A program made the translations under genes and the position numbers. From Bythopirellula sp. (GTDB lineage: Bacteria; Planctomycetota; Planctomycetia; Pirellulales; Lacipirellulaceae), in contig OZ244170.1 of assembly GCA_965216565.1 (NCBI GenBank), forward strand, positions 4,640,001 through 4,704,000: 64,000 nucleotides of DNA, in the 5' to 3' direction. This document shows positions 19,771 to 29,963 of this stretch, piece after piece. Within the stretch, counting starts at the first letter, position 1, and every line of letters begins with the position of its first letter. The notes beneath the pieces are model-generated. The model was not told the origin of the DNA. It worked only from the letters and a program-made list of their open reading frames with translations, and made no database searches.

Positions 19771-20163
19771 CTACGATTTCTTATCTTCGTACACCTGTCC
19801 GGGATCAAAAACCTGTGTGTCGACGACCTCAAATTGGTTCGTTCCGCTGAGCTTTCGAAAAAAACAACTCTCATAACCTTGATGGCAGGCCGCCCCCCCT
19901 GCTTGCTCCACCTTGAGCAAGATCGTATCCCCGTCGCAATCCACAAAGATCTCTTTGACGGTCTGCACGTGCCCGCTACTCTCGCCTTTTTTCCATAACT
20001 TGCCCCGACTACGGCTGAAATAGGTGGCTTCGCCGGTGCTCAGCGTTTGTTCCCAAGCGGCGAGATTCATATAGGCCAACATGAGTACCTTACCGGTGGC
20101 GTGATCCTGGGCCACGACGGGCAGTAGCTGTTGGGGGTCGGAAAAGTCGGGTAAGGCGGACAA
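19771..20163 (-). CDS. hisI: Phosphoribosyl-AMP cyclohydrolase
   Basis: [33 protein letters not shown]. Confidence 0.97.
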   Translation of the reverse strand: MSALPDFSDPQQLLPVVAQDHATGKVLMLAYMNLAAWEQTLSTGEATYFSRSRGKLWKKGESSGHVQTVKEIFVDCDGDTILLKVEQAGGAACHQGYESCFFRKLSGTNQFEVVDTQVFDPGQVYEDKKS

Positions 20164-20449
20164 GGTCGTCGGTTCTCTCTGGGCGGGAGCAGTTGCACTT
20201 GATTACTACGCATTAAGGATAACCGCGTCGGGGTTGGCTGGCTACTAATGTAGTTTGGTTGAAGGTCGAGTTCAGCCGTTGGCACTCTCAAGCCGCAGAA
20301 CCGTTAGTAACAACAGTTCCGCTTTAAGCCGCGAACTTACCCGCGGACTCCAGTTGCCCGGACGAGCATCCCGATGAAACGGATAGGCGAAGAGCAACGG
20401 TTGGCGAGCTTTTCGCGGAGCCCCGTTTCTCTGTTCCCGAGGTGTCATC

Positions 20450-21040
20450 GTGATCAATCAGCCGATAACCATTGTCCTGCCGATGCACAATTCCGAGCAA
20501 TACCTGCAGCGCTCGGTCAGGGAAGTGCTCGACCTAGCACATTCTTTCGTGGGAGATTTCTCTGTCGTCATCGTCGATAATGGTTCAACCGACGAAACGT
20601 ATGAAACAGCCTGCGAGCTCGGACGAGTTTATCCGCAAGTAACGGTCCTCAGAGAACCATTCCAACAGGGCTTACGACGCGTGCTTGAGGTGGTAAGCAA
20701 CAATTGCAAATGCCAGACAGTTATTTGCCACGATGGCGTAACAGCGATCAACGTGGATCAATTGCGTTCTCTTCTCCACTCGGCTGCAAGTGCGCAACAA
20801 ACTTCTGTGCAAGATACGCGTATTGAATCTGGAAATGGTGCCTCATGCGGTTCGCGAAGGCTGGGATCGATGCGGTCCTTGCAAGAGAGCATGGAACGCG
20901 TGCACGGGTCGCTGACAGGTTTCAATTGGATGAAACTTGAAGAGCCCTTGGTCCCGCGAAGATGTTTCGAATCCACGCCAACTACCGTGATGTCTGCCAA
21001 GCCAAATCTTCCGATGAGTCACTTGTCTAGCTCAAAGTAA
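20450..21040 (+). CDS. Short GT2-like protein (N-terminal nucleotide-binding half only)
   Basis: IVLPMHN, IVDNGSTDET; no DxD, divergent C-terminus. Confidence 0.65.
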   Translation: MINQPITIVLPMHNSEQYLQRSVREVLDLAHSFVGDFSVVIVDNGSTDETYETACELGRVYPQVTVLREPFQQGLRRVLEVVSNNCKCQTVICHDGVTAINVDQLRSLLHSAASAQQTSVQDTRIESGNGASCGSRRLGSMRSLQESMERVHGSLTGFNWMKLEEPLVPRRCFESTPTTVMSAKPNLPMSHLSSSK

Positions 21041-21714
21041 ATGTAGTAAGCGAATGAAAAAATGTTACAGCGTGCATAGGCTGGCATTGCGTTGGGTAAA
21101 GGGCTTGAATTGTTGTGAGGCATAGTCTCGACTGTTGACGGACAGGTCCGTGAAAGCACTTTCAGCGATAAGATTGCGGAAAACACTTATCTATAATTTC
21201 TTAAAGAATCTTTTGTGTACAAACTCACTGCTAGTTAGCGGTGCTCAACTATTTGTTCGCTTCTTATGTTCCAACAATTCGAGGAACTAATTGCATTTCA
21301 AACGCGTCAAGGCGCTTGCCAATGTAGAAATGCATGACTATTATTCGTGCGGAAGTCGGGAACACAGATTTGGAAACTTGTAAAGGCTTTTGAATCGGAA
21401 CCCAACAAGATTTCGCAACGATGAGACAACTGAGGAGTGACTGAGAGAAATTCTGGCCTCTGCCGGGGGATAAACCCTTCTAGGCTGATTGGTTTGGTAG
21501 CTGGTCGACACATCGTAACCTTCACGCACGCATGCGACTCGTTACGTACTTTTCTTTAAACGTATAGCTACTATTTGAACTGTTACGGAACCACAGTTCA
21601 TCGGTGCCTTTAGTTTGGCTGCTTAGCACCGGACCAAGTACCCTTTTCTATTTTTCTCTTCAATTATCATCGTGGGCAGGCACAGAGGCCTACCTCGGCG
21701 GAGGAGTTTTAAGG

Positions 21715-22257
21715 ATGAGTACCGTTAATTACGATCACGGTTTTGATACTCCTGGAGTCAATGTTTCTCATGCCATTTCCGGCAGTCGAAGGCAAACTCC
21801 CAAGTCTTATCACCGAATATCTGATGTTCGTCAGCAACAAGGAGTCTCCCTACGCTCAGTGTCGCGACGTATGGATCTGACTGTTCAAGAAGTACGTCGA
21901 CAGGAGGAACCTGGAACCGACTTACGGCTTTCGGAGTTGCTCCGTTGGCAAGAGGTTTTAGAGGTGCCTCTTGCTGATTTACTAGTCGATTCCGATGGTC
22001 CCCTGTCCGACCCTGTTTTCCGCAGAGCAGCGATGCTGCGAGTGATGAAAACAGCCAAGGCGATCCAGGAATCGGCGCACGATCGCTCAGTCATTCGTTT
22101 AGCTACGATGTTGATCGATCAGTTGGTTAGTTTGATGCCAGAGCTTGGCGAGGTTTCCGCCTGGCATTCTGTTGGCCAAAGACGCACGCAGGAAGAAATG
22201 GGTCGCATCGTTGAACGAACGGTGTCGCAGGATTTCTTCAACGATTCATCGCATTAG
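21715..22257 (+). CDS. XRE-type helix-turn-helix protein
   Basis: GGAGG RBS; VRQQQGVSLRSVSRRM...LEVPLADLL. Confidence 0.8.
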   Translation: MSTVNYDHGFDTPGVNVSHAISGSRRQTPKSYHRISDVRQQQGVSLRSVSRRMDLTVQEVRRQEEPGTDLRLSELLRWQEVLEVPLADLLVDSDGPLSDPVFRRAAMLRVMKTAKAIQESAHDRSVIRLATMLIDQLVSLMPELGEVSAWHSVGQRRTQEEMGRIVERTVSQDFFNDSSH

Positions 22258-22281
22258 TCCTTGAGCCTATATATCACATCT

Positions 22282-22316
22282 GCAAAGCCCATGAGCAATC
22301 TGCTTGTGGGCTTTGT
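22282..22316. terminator. Hairpin between convergent genes
   Basis: gcaaagcccatgagca-atc-tgcttgtgggctttgt. Confidence 0.6.
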
Positions 22317-22357
22317 GCATTCTTGTGGTTAGGATCGTCTGCTTGATCTCAGGAAAA

Positions 22358-23146
22358 CTAGCTCTGAATTTTCTTGAGGACCTGCTCATGCAGTTCTGCT
22401 GTTGAGGCAACCATGTAGTTGCCCTGGCTGAGATCGTACGCTGCGCCCGACGCTGCGCTGATTGCACCGCCAGCTTCTTGCACGAGCAAAACTCCGGCCG
22501 CCGAATCCCAGGGAAAAATATGGAAGGCCCAATGCGCATCCAACCGGCCGCACGCGACGTACGCCAAGTTTAACGCCGCTGATCCTGTACGTCTGACCGC
22601 ACGGCAAATAGGGGCGACTTTGAGAAATGCTTGAATGTCTGGCATGTCGGGCGTCATCCGAGGAGGAAAACTTACCGCAACTAACCCATCTTCCAATTGG
22701 TTTGTTTTGCTAGCTCGAAAGGGTTTGCCATTAAGTGTGGCACCCTGGGCTGCACCGGCAAGAAACAGTTCCTCTCTGGTGGGATCAAATACGCCTCCGG
22801 CGACCACTTGCCCTGCTTTTGCGACCGCTACGGAAACGCCATAACAGGGAAATCCATGCACATAGTTAGTCGTTCCGTCTAACGGATCCACCACCCAGCA
22901 GTAGGGCTTTTCTAGCTGCGCGGGGTCCGGCGATTCCTCGCCCAGGAAGCCGTGCTCAGGAAACTCTTGTTGAATCACAGACCGAACAGCCTCTTGCGAG
23001 GCGATGTCGGCGTCTGTGACCAGATCTTGGGCAGATTTTTCCTGGGTGGAGAACTTACCTCGCCATGCAACCAACTGTTTCCCGCCCTCCAGGCAGGCAG
23101 ATTTGCAGGTGGCCAGGAGGTGTTCGATTTTGCACATGTTTATCAT
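22358..23146 (-). CDS. suhB: Inositol monophosphatase family protein
   Basis: WVVDPLDGTTNYVHG, GSAALNLAYVACG, PWDSAAG. Confidence 0.9.
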   Translation of the reverse strand: MINMCKIEHLLATCKSACLEGGKQLVAWRGKFSTQEKSAQDLVTDADIASQEAVRSVIQQEFPEHGFLGEESPDPAQLEKPYCWVVDPLDGTTNYVHGFPCYGVSVAVAKAGQVVAGGVFDPTREELFLAGAAQGATLNGKPFRASKTNQLEDGLVAVSFPPRMTPDMPDIQAFLKVAPICRAVRRTGSAALNLAYVACGRLDAHWAFHIFPWDSAAGVLLVQEAGGAISAASGAAYDLSQGNYMVASTAELHEQVLKKIQS

Positions 23147-23436
23147 CCTTGCCTGATAGCCCCTAAACTCTCGCCCACCGTCCTAAAGCCATGCCAATTA
23201 AGCAATAACGTCGATTAGGTAAGATGCTGTCAGATTTCCTTGGATATTTTTGTTTTTGTGGGGGTCCGAAAAGCTGGACACGGCTCGTGAAATGAGTATC
23301 ATCATTAGTGAAGGGACAGACGATTGACCCAGGGAGTCTACTTGCATTTCCAACCACTTTCTAGCGTTCGTGGAAGGTAACTGCCTAATTCTCTTTATCC
23401 CCCCACAGTAGACACTTTGGCCTCTTCTCTGTTCCG

Positions 23437-23477
23437 GCCCCGTCGCTGCACCCTTGGGTGTACGGCGGGGTTTTTTT
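23437..23477 (+). terminator. Strong Rho-independent terminator with no coding gene feeding it
   Basis: ccccgtcg-c-tgcaccc-tt-gggtgta-cggcgggg followed by T7. Confidence 0.75.
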
Positions 23478-23546
23478 ATTGGATAACAGTTTTCTTACTT
23501 TACTGTTTCCTCTTAGTCTTTCTGACGCCATTCAATTACAAACCTC

Positions 23547-24287
23547 ATGACAAGACTTGAAAGTAGCGCGCGACTCGGAGAATGGAAGAAGTCGGAAACT
23601 TATTCCGAACTGACTCTACCAACTTTGAAAGGCGCCGTGCAGTTCGACGCGCTAAGCGCGGGTGTCGATCAACTCGTTATTGGCGAAGGCAAGGTTCAAG
23701 GGCAGACGCTTGGTGTTTCGACGGGCTCAGACGCCAAGGTAATTGAGACCCTAGTACGGGGTGGCGATCTGGTGGTAACGTGCGCTGCCACGACCCCTCA
23801 ACCGTTTCAGTGGCAAGCCTACTGGCGAGCTTCGTCTCCCGCGGAGGACTGTGCTCAAGTCGATCTAATGGTTTCCCTGCAGACTCCGACTTTGGAGAGC
23901 TACCCCAGCTTCCAGACTCAGTCTTCGTTCAAAGCCACAGAAGCGTACGGGTTGTCGCTCCATGACCGTGAGCCTCAGCTTCTCGGCTCACTACCCGACG
24001 AACCCGTTTGCAGGGAGCATTCGCACTGTGTAATCTTGCGAGACCCAAATTCCAAGTGGAGCTATTTAGAGATGTCCTTGCCCGAGGATCAGGCAATTAC
24101 GAATCTTACTTCTACAAACGATGGCTTACGTTCCATTGAGAGAAAGTTGGGCGGCGGATTCTTAGAGAGGGGCGTCATCCGTCGGATGTGTTTACGCAGC
24201 ATGTTCCTGCCTAGAGAAAACGACTTGGCGAGCGCAGCAGCAAATTTCCAAGAGTTCTGTGCAGAAGAACCGCCGCTAACTACGTAG
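23547..24287 (+). CDS. Hypothetical protein
   Basis: 246-aa ORF filling the gap; no motif recognised. Confidence 0.65.
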   Translation: MTRLESSARLGEWKKSETYSELTLPTLKGAVQFDALSAGVDQLVIGEGKVQGQTLGVSTGSDAKVIETLVRGGDLVVTCAATTPQPFQWQAYWRASSPAEDCAQVDLMVSLQTPTLESYPSFQTQSSFKATEAYGLSLHDREPQLLGSLPDEPVCREHSHCVILRDPNSKWSYLEMSLPEDQAITNLTSTNDGLRSIERKLGGGFLERGVIRRMCLRSMFLPRENDLASAAANFQEFCAEEPPLTT

Positions 24288-24321
24288 GCGTAAGCATGAA
24301 CCTATGTAGGCTGCTTCGCGG

Positions 24322-24933
24322 CTAGGGAGCCTTGCGTAGTTTTGGCTTGCTGGTTTCCCGGTCGGAGTCTTTGCCGAGCGTTCCAATGATACCGGGCTGA
24401 ATATCGCGGTCTAAAACCGAGATCATCTCTGCCAAGCCGGCTTGCACCAGATCCGATCCGCTGACGTATTTCCCAGGATTGATCCATTGATCCATCAATT
24501 CGTGGGAAACGCCAAAGAGGTCGGCGAGCATGACGTCCATGTCTTTTTCGAGTTGCCCGAAATGGCGAGCCCACTCGGCGGCTTCGGCGAGGCCGACATT
24601 CTCTTCACTCTGCCATCGCATCGGATGGAAAAGCAGCACACTATATTTGGTGACATAGCGGCGTTCGCAGGCCGCGAAGGGCCAAAGAGCGGCCGACGAG
24701 CATTCGCCGGTTACGATACCGGTGGCACGTAACCCACGTAGGCGGATCAGTGTCATCAGCGACATCGCACAGTACGGGCTTCCGCCTGGCGAATCGAAGT
24801 AGAACGTGCATTCTCCCCCAGGGGGAATATCGAGAACGCGATCGGTGAGTTCCGACTCGTGTTCAGTAAGGTCCCCGACGATAGCGATTTCGGGCACTCG
24901 TTCCGTTTCTTCTTCGTGTGCGTCCTGGGTCAT
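24322..24933 (-). CDS. ClpP-family protease
   Basis: DSPGGS, ECSSAA (Ser), LFHP (His). Confidence 0.8.
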   Translation of the reverse strand: MTQDAHEEETERVPEIAIVGDLTEHESELTDRVLDIPPGGECTFYFDSPGGSPYCAMSLMTLIRLRGLRATGIVTGECSSAALWPFAACERRYVTKYSVLLFHPMRWQSEENVGLAEAAEWARHFGQLEKDMDVMLADLFGVSHELMDQWINPGKYVSGSDLVQAGLAEMISVLDRDIQPGIIGTLGKDSDRETSKPKLRKAP

Positions 24934-25294
24934 CTCTTAAGATCTCATGTGGTGTCGCAATGTTACCAACCGATTAATTGCCATCTTCGGCATTTCACTC
25001 GACAAATTACCTCTGCCGAAGCCCCCATTCATTGTAAGATCAATCTGCCTAAACTGCCAGATTGCGGCACTTTGGAACGTGGACCAATTTCTGTCCAGTA
25101 ACACCCGCCTAGAACCACAAACTCTAGCAGTTTGCTGAGATAAGTAGGTCTGACGGAGTGATTAAGCCGTCGAACTCACGGTTCCGATGATAGCGGTTTT
25201 GGCAGTTGGAGGGCAGGGGAACAAGGGCTTCGGCATTATTCGGCCATGGAAACAGCAATGATTACATCTCGATGGAGACGTCCGCAGTAGAACG

Positions 25295-27178
25295 ATGGGA
25301 TATCGAAACCTTACAGAATGCGTCCAAGATTTGGAATCGCGCAACCAGCTGATACGCATCGAGCAACCCGTGTCAGCCAATCTCGAAGTCGCAGCCATTC
25401 ATCGACGCGTGGTAGCAGCCGAAGGCCCTGCGCTGTTGTTCACCAACGTCGAAGGCTGCCAATTTCCGATGGTCAGTAACTTGTTTGGCACGATGGACCG
25501 CATGCGGCTGATGTTCCGCGATGGTTTGGAAGCGGTGAGCAGGCTAATAGAGTTGCGCGAACAACCAGCCGCGGCACTACGCAAGCCGTGGCAGTATCTG
25601 GGGGCCGCTCGCAGCGCCTTGCATCTATTGCCTGCGTTCCGAACGAACGGACCAATCTTGACGGGCCAAACCACAATCAGCAATTTGCCGCAACAGATAA
25701 GCTGGCCCCACGATGGCGGCGGCTTTGTAACTTTGCCGCAGGTTTACACCGAAGACGTCCGGCAGCCAGGCTGGAAAAAGTCGAATCTGGGGATGTATCG
25801 CATCCAGCTTTCAGGAGGCGAATACGAGCCCGACAAAGAGATCGGCTTGCATTACCAAATCCATCGTTCGATTGGCGTTCATCATGCTGCCGCGATTGCT
25901 GCGGGAAAACCGTTCCGGGTAAATGTGTTTGTTGGCGGACCCCCGGCGATGTCATTGGCCGCAGTGATGCCTCTTCCCGAAGGAATGAGCGAGCTCACAT
26001 TTGCGGGCGTCTTGGGTGGGCGCCGGGTGCGGATGATCAAACAATCGGGCGGATTACCAATCCATGCGGATACTGATTTCTGCATCACCGGTACCGTAGA
26101 GCCAGATCGGCTATTGCCGGAAGGACCGTTTGGCGATCACTTGGGGTATTACAGTTTGCAGCATCCGTTCCCCGTATTGAAAGTCGAAAAAGTATTTCAT
26201 CGCAAGGATGCCATTTGGCCCTTCACAGTGGTCGGTCGACCACCTCAAGAAGATACAATGTTGGGCGCGATGATCCACGAGATCACAGGCCCCCTGATTC
26301 CTGAAGTGTTGCCAGGGGTCGAGGGGGTGCATGCTGTCGACGCCACGGGTGTTCATCCGCTACTGCTTGCCATTGGCAACGAACGCTACATGCCGTTTAT
26401 CGATGCCGGCCGACCGCAGGAACTGCTTACCCAAGCCAATGCAATCTTGGGTCAGGGGCAACTCTCGCTAGCGAAATTTCTATTCATCGTAGCTCGCCAA
26501 GACGATCCCCAACTCGATCTGCACAATATCGGTGCATTCTTGACACATCTCCTGCAACGGGCCGACTGGTCGCGCGATCTGCATTTTCATACCCAAACCA
26601 CAATCGATACGCTCGACTATACTGGCGGAGGACTCAATGCCGGGTCGAAGCTAGTCATCGCCGCGGTGGGTGCTCCACGGTTCGAGCTTGAAAACAGCGT
26701 TCCCGGCGAGTTGCATCTCCCCGCTGGATTTCGAAATCCACGCATTCCGCTTCCGGGCGTGCTTGCGATCGAAGGTCCGTCGTGCCCCAAGCCCTCGTTC
26801 GATTTTGATGTCTCACAGAGCTCACGTGGGCAGTCCCAGGAAAACATTGCTTCGGAGATGCAGGGCTTCTGTAAAGAAGCGTCCCACAACGAGGCGCTAA
26901 AACGTTTCCGTTGGGTAGTGATCGTCGACGACAGCCAATTTGTCAGCGAATCACTAAGTAACTTTCTTTGGGTGACATTTACGAGAACGAATCCTGCTAG
27001 CGATATCCACGGCATCGGTTCTTCAACCACAACGAAGCACTGGGGCTGTACCGGACCCTTGGTGATCGACGCCCGCATCAAGCCGCACCATGCGCCTGTG
27101 TTGGAAGAAGATCCGGAGATTGCCGCCAAGGTGAACGTTCTTGGTGCATCAGGCGGCCCTCTACACGGAATCATTTAG
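25295..27178 (+). CDS. UbiD-family (de)carboxylase
   Basis: NLGMYR, EGPFGDHLGYY, VVGRPPQED. Confidence 0.92.
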   Translation: MGYRNLTECVQDLESRNQLIRIEQPVSANLEVAAIHRRVVAAEGPALLFTNVEGCQFPMVSNLFGTMDRMRLMFRDGLEAVSRLIELREQPAAALRKPWQYLGAARSALHLLPAFRTNGPILTGQTTISNLPQQISWPHDGGGFVTLPQVYTEDVRQPGWKKSNLGMYRIQLSGGEYEPDKEIGLHYQIHRSIGVHHAAAIAAGKPFRVNVFVGGPPAMSLAAVMPLPEGMSELTFAGVLGGRRVRMIKQSGGLPIHADTDFCITGTVEPDRLLPEGPFGDHLGYYSLQHPFPVLKVEKVFHRKDAIWPFTVVGRPPQEDTMLGAMIHEITGPLIPEVLPGVEGVHAVDATGVHPLLLAIGNERYMPFIDAGRPQELLTQANAILGQGQLSLAKFLFIVARQDDPQLDLHNIGAFLTHLLQRADWSRDLHFHTQTTIDTLDYTGGGLNAGSKLVIAAVGAPRFELENSVPGELHLPAGFRNPRIPLPGVLAIEGPSCPKPSFDFDVSQSSRGQSQENIASEMQGFCKEASHNEALKRFRWVVIVDDSQFVSESLSNFLWVTFTRTNPASDIHGIGSSTTTKHWGCTGPLVIDARIKPHHAPVLEEDPEIAAKVNVLGASGGPLHGII

Positions 27179-27285
27179 CCCGACGAAAACCCCTGTTTGG
27201 TCTGCGGGCGATTCCAGGTATCCTGTAGCACTCACCAATTACCTTCACGACCCAAATACCCGATCGGCAGCTGGGAAAGAGATAT

Positions 27286-28671
27286 ATGGCGAAGCTAACT
27301 TTTTATGGTGCGGCAAGAACAGTTACCGGCTCGAAGTATCTGCTGGAAGCTGGCGATGCCCGCGTGCTCATCGACTGTGGGATGTTTCAGGGCGTCAAGA
27401 AGCTGAGGGAGAAGAACTGGGAGCCCACGCCGTTCGACGCCAAGAACCTCGATGCAGTAGTGCTCACCCACGCCCACCTCGACCATACAGGTTTTCTACC
27501 ACGGGTGGTGAAGGAAGGTTTCAATCGCAAAGTCTATTGCAGTGAGGCCACCGGCGAACTTGCTGAGATCATCCTGTTCGATTCGGCGAAAATTCAAGAG
27601 TACGACGCTTACTACGCCAACAAGAAGGGCTTCAGCAAGCACAAGCCAGCTCTGCCTCTGTACGATGGACGAGATGTGGAGCAGACCATCAAGCTATTCC
27701 AAACCACAAAGCGAGGAAAATGGTTTTCTCCCGCTGAGCCAATCTGGATGCGTTTCCACGACGCGGGCCATTTGCTGGGTTCTAACCTGATTGAAGTGGA
27801 AATTCGCGACCAGGACCCGCCAATTCGTATTGTGTTTTCTGGAGACGTGGGGCGCTACGACGGACCGCTCTATCACGACCCAGCACCTCCACCGAATTGC
27901 GACTACCTAATTTGCGAAAGCACCTACGGTAATCGAGAGCATTCCGACGTGGATCTGATAAAGTCTCTGGCGGAAGTGGTCCAACGTTCTGTGTCCCGCG
28001 GTGGTGTGATGCTGATTGCATCCTTTGCGATTGGACGTGCTCAGCAACTCATCTATCTATTGCAGTTGCTCAAGAAGCAGGACAAGATTCCCGACCTGCC
28101 GATCTACCTCGATAGCCCCATGTCTTGTAATGCGACCAAGATCTACAAGGAGCATCGCGAGGATCATGATTTGAGCGAGGGCGAGCTGGATGACGACCGA
28201 CCGGTACTCGCAGGGCCGAGTGTACACTTAGTACGCAAGACGGATGAATCCAAAGCCCTCAATCATTTGAAAGGCCCTGCCATCATTATTTCCAGCAGTG
28301 GCATGATGACCGGTGGTAGAATTGTTCATCATCTCAAGCAGAGGCTGCCAGGCAAGGAAAACACAGTTGTGCTTGGCGGTTACATGGCTGTGGGAACAAG
28401 AGGTCGTCGCTTGCAGGAAGGGAACGATACGATCCGCATGCACGGCATGGAGATCCCCGTCATCGCAGCAATCGAAAGTATTCCGGGACTGAGTGGTCAC
28501 GCCGATCGCAGCGGTCTATTGCGCTGGTCTGGCGACTTGGACGCCCCTAAGAAGACGTTCCTGACTCATGGCGAGGTAGATAGCGCTGAAGCTCTTGCTG
28601 AAGAGCTGACTTCTGCTCGAGGATGGGAAACGGTCATTCCTGCTATTGGCGATTCGCACGAGCTAGTTTAG
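27286..28671 (+). CDS. MBL-fold beta-CASP ribonuclease
   Basis: THAHLDH, AGHLLGS, SGDVG, ESTYG, SGHAD, THGE. Confidence 0.92.
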   Translation: MAKLTFYGAARTVTGSKYLLEAGDARVLIDCGMFQGVKKLREKNWEPTPFDAKNLDAVVLTHAHLDHTGFLPRVVKEGFNRKVYCSEATGELAEIILFDSAKIQEYDAYYANKKGFSKHKPALPLYDGRDVEQTIKLFQTTKRGKWFSPAEPIWMRFHDAGHLLGSNLIEVEIRDQDPPIRIVFSGDVGRYDGPLYHDPAPPPNCDYLICESTYGNREHSDVDLIKSLAEVVQRSVSRGGVMLIASFAIGRAQQLIYLLQLLKKQDKIPDLPIYLDSPMSCNATKIYKEHREDHDLSEGELDDDRPVLAGPSVHLVRKTDESKALNHLKGPAIIISSSGMMTGGRIVHHLKQRLPGKENTVVLGGYMAVGTRGRRLQEGNDTIRMHGMEIPVIAAIESIPGLSGHADRSGLLRWSGDLDAPKKTFLTHGEVDSAEALAEELTSARGWETVIPAIGDSHELV

Positions 28672-28742
28672 CAATATCCATTCGCCCACGAAACGAGAAC
28701 TAAACGACAATCTGAATTTCAAAAAATCAATTTGCAAGAACT

Positions 28743-29621
28743 ATGACAAAACCAATAAATAAAGAACTAATTATGGATCTCCCCCCGGACGTGGAAAAAA
28801 ACCGAAAAGCGATCCTCGAATCGGGTAGCTACCTGTTGGCCGAACTCGATATCGAATTTATCGGCCGTGGAGAGCAGCGCCCCGTTCGAATGCAACTCGA
28901 GCTCCAAAAAGTGGAAGCTTTGTTACGGGAGAACAATATCAACAGCACTGTGGTGGTGTTCGGCGGTACGCAGGTCGTGCCCGAAGCTGTCGCTGAAGCA
29001 CGGTTAGCCCAAGCCAATCGGCACTTAGAACAGGACCCCAAAAATCCTCGTTTCGAGCGAAATGTGGAGCGTGCCGCAAGTGTGTTAGCCAAGTCGCACT
29101 TCTACGAGGAGGCGCGTGAATTTGGGGCTCTAGTTTCCAAGACCTGCCAGACGGATGGCCAGTGTGATTTTGTAGTTGCCACCGGAGGCGGTCCTGGAAT
29201 TATGGAAGCTGCCAATCGTGGAGCCTACGAAGCAGGGGCAAAGAGTATCGGCTTCAACATTGAACTCCCGCACGAGCAGGAGCCAAATCCCTACATCACC
29301 CCCGAACTTTGCTTCCAGTTCAGCTATTTTGCATTAAGGAAGTTTCATTTCATTCTGCGTGCAGCAGCGCTGGTCGTATTTCCTGGCGGATTCGGGACCT
29401 TAGACGAACTGTTTAATACGCTTACACTTCGCCAAACGGGACGCATGCAAGATCTGCCGATCATCCTTTACGGACGTGAATATTGGGAAGGCATAATCAA
29501 CTTCAAGCAGATTGCCGACGAGGGTGTGATTGCGGACGAGCATCTCGATTTGATCTACTTTGCTGAATCGCCGACCGAGGCGTGGGGGATTATCTCAGAG
29601 TTTCACCATCAGGCTAAGTAA
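28743..29621 (+). CDS. LOG family nucleotide phosphoribohydrolase
   Basis: TGGGPGIMEAANRGA, PGGFGTLDEL. Confidence 0.92.
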   Translation: MTKPINKELIMDLPPDVEKNRKAILESGSYLLAELDIEFIGRGEQRPVRMQLELQKVEALLRENNINSTVVVFGGTQVVPEAVAEARLAQANRHLEQDPKNPRFERNVERAASVLAKSHFYEEAREFGALVSKTCQTDGQCDFVVATGGGPGIMEAANRGAYEAGAKSIGFNIELPHEQEPNPYITPELCFQFSYFALRKFHFILRAAALVVFPGGFGTLDELFNTLTLRQTGRMQDLPIILYGREYWEGIINFKQIADEGVIADEHLDLIYFAESPTEAWGIISEFHHQAK

Positions 29622-29963
29622 CCAACCGCATGCGCGGGCTGGCTTCACCCTGCCAGAGGTAAGCAATCCTCGAAATGTCGCCCTGGCAAAAAGTTTTTCG
29701 CCTCCTCCAGGCAGTCCTAAGGGGCTGCCTCAGGCGAGCTTTGGCGAACTGTATTGGACAGATTAGCCCTTGCTAGGAAGGGTTTAAGCATTCGCCTATT
29801 GTTGAGACTTGGCGCCGTTCGCGGAGCGACATGGGCACACAGTAGATTCCCTCGCTTGCGTACCGCTAGCTAACACCCATAATTTGGGCAGCCCGTAATA
29901 AATTGGTATGGGCCGCGTGCAATAGGCACCTTCTTACACCTTCCCTCCCTCGGTTATTCAATT

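Noticed and set aside
21041..21714. Replication origin
   Set aside because: Only weak, mismatched DnaA-box-like words and no cluster.
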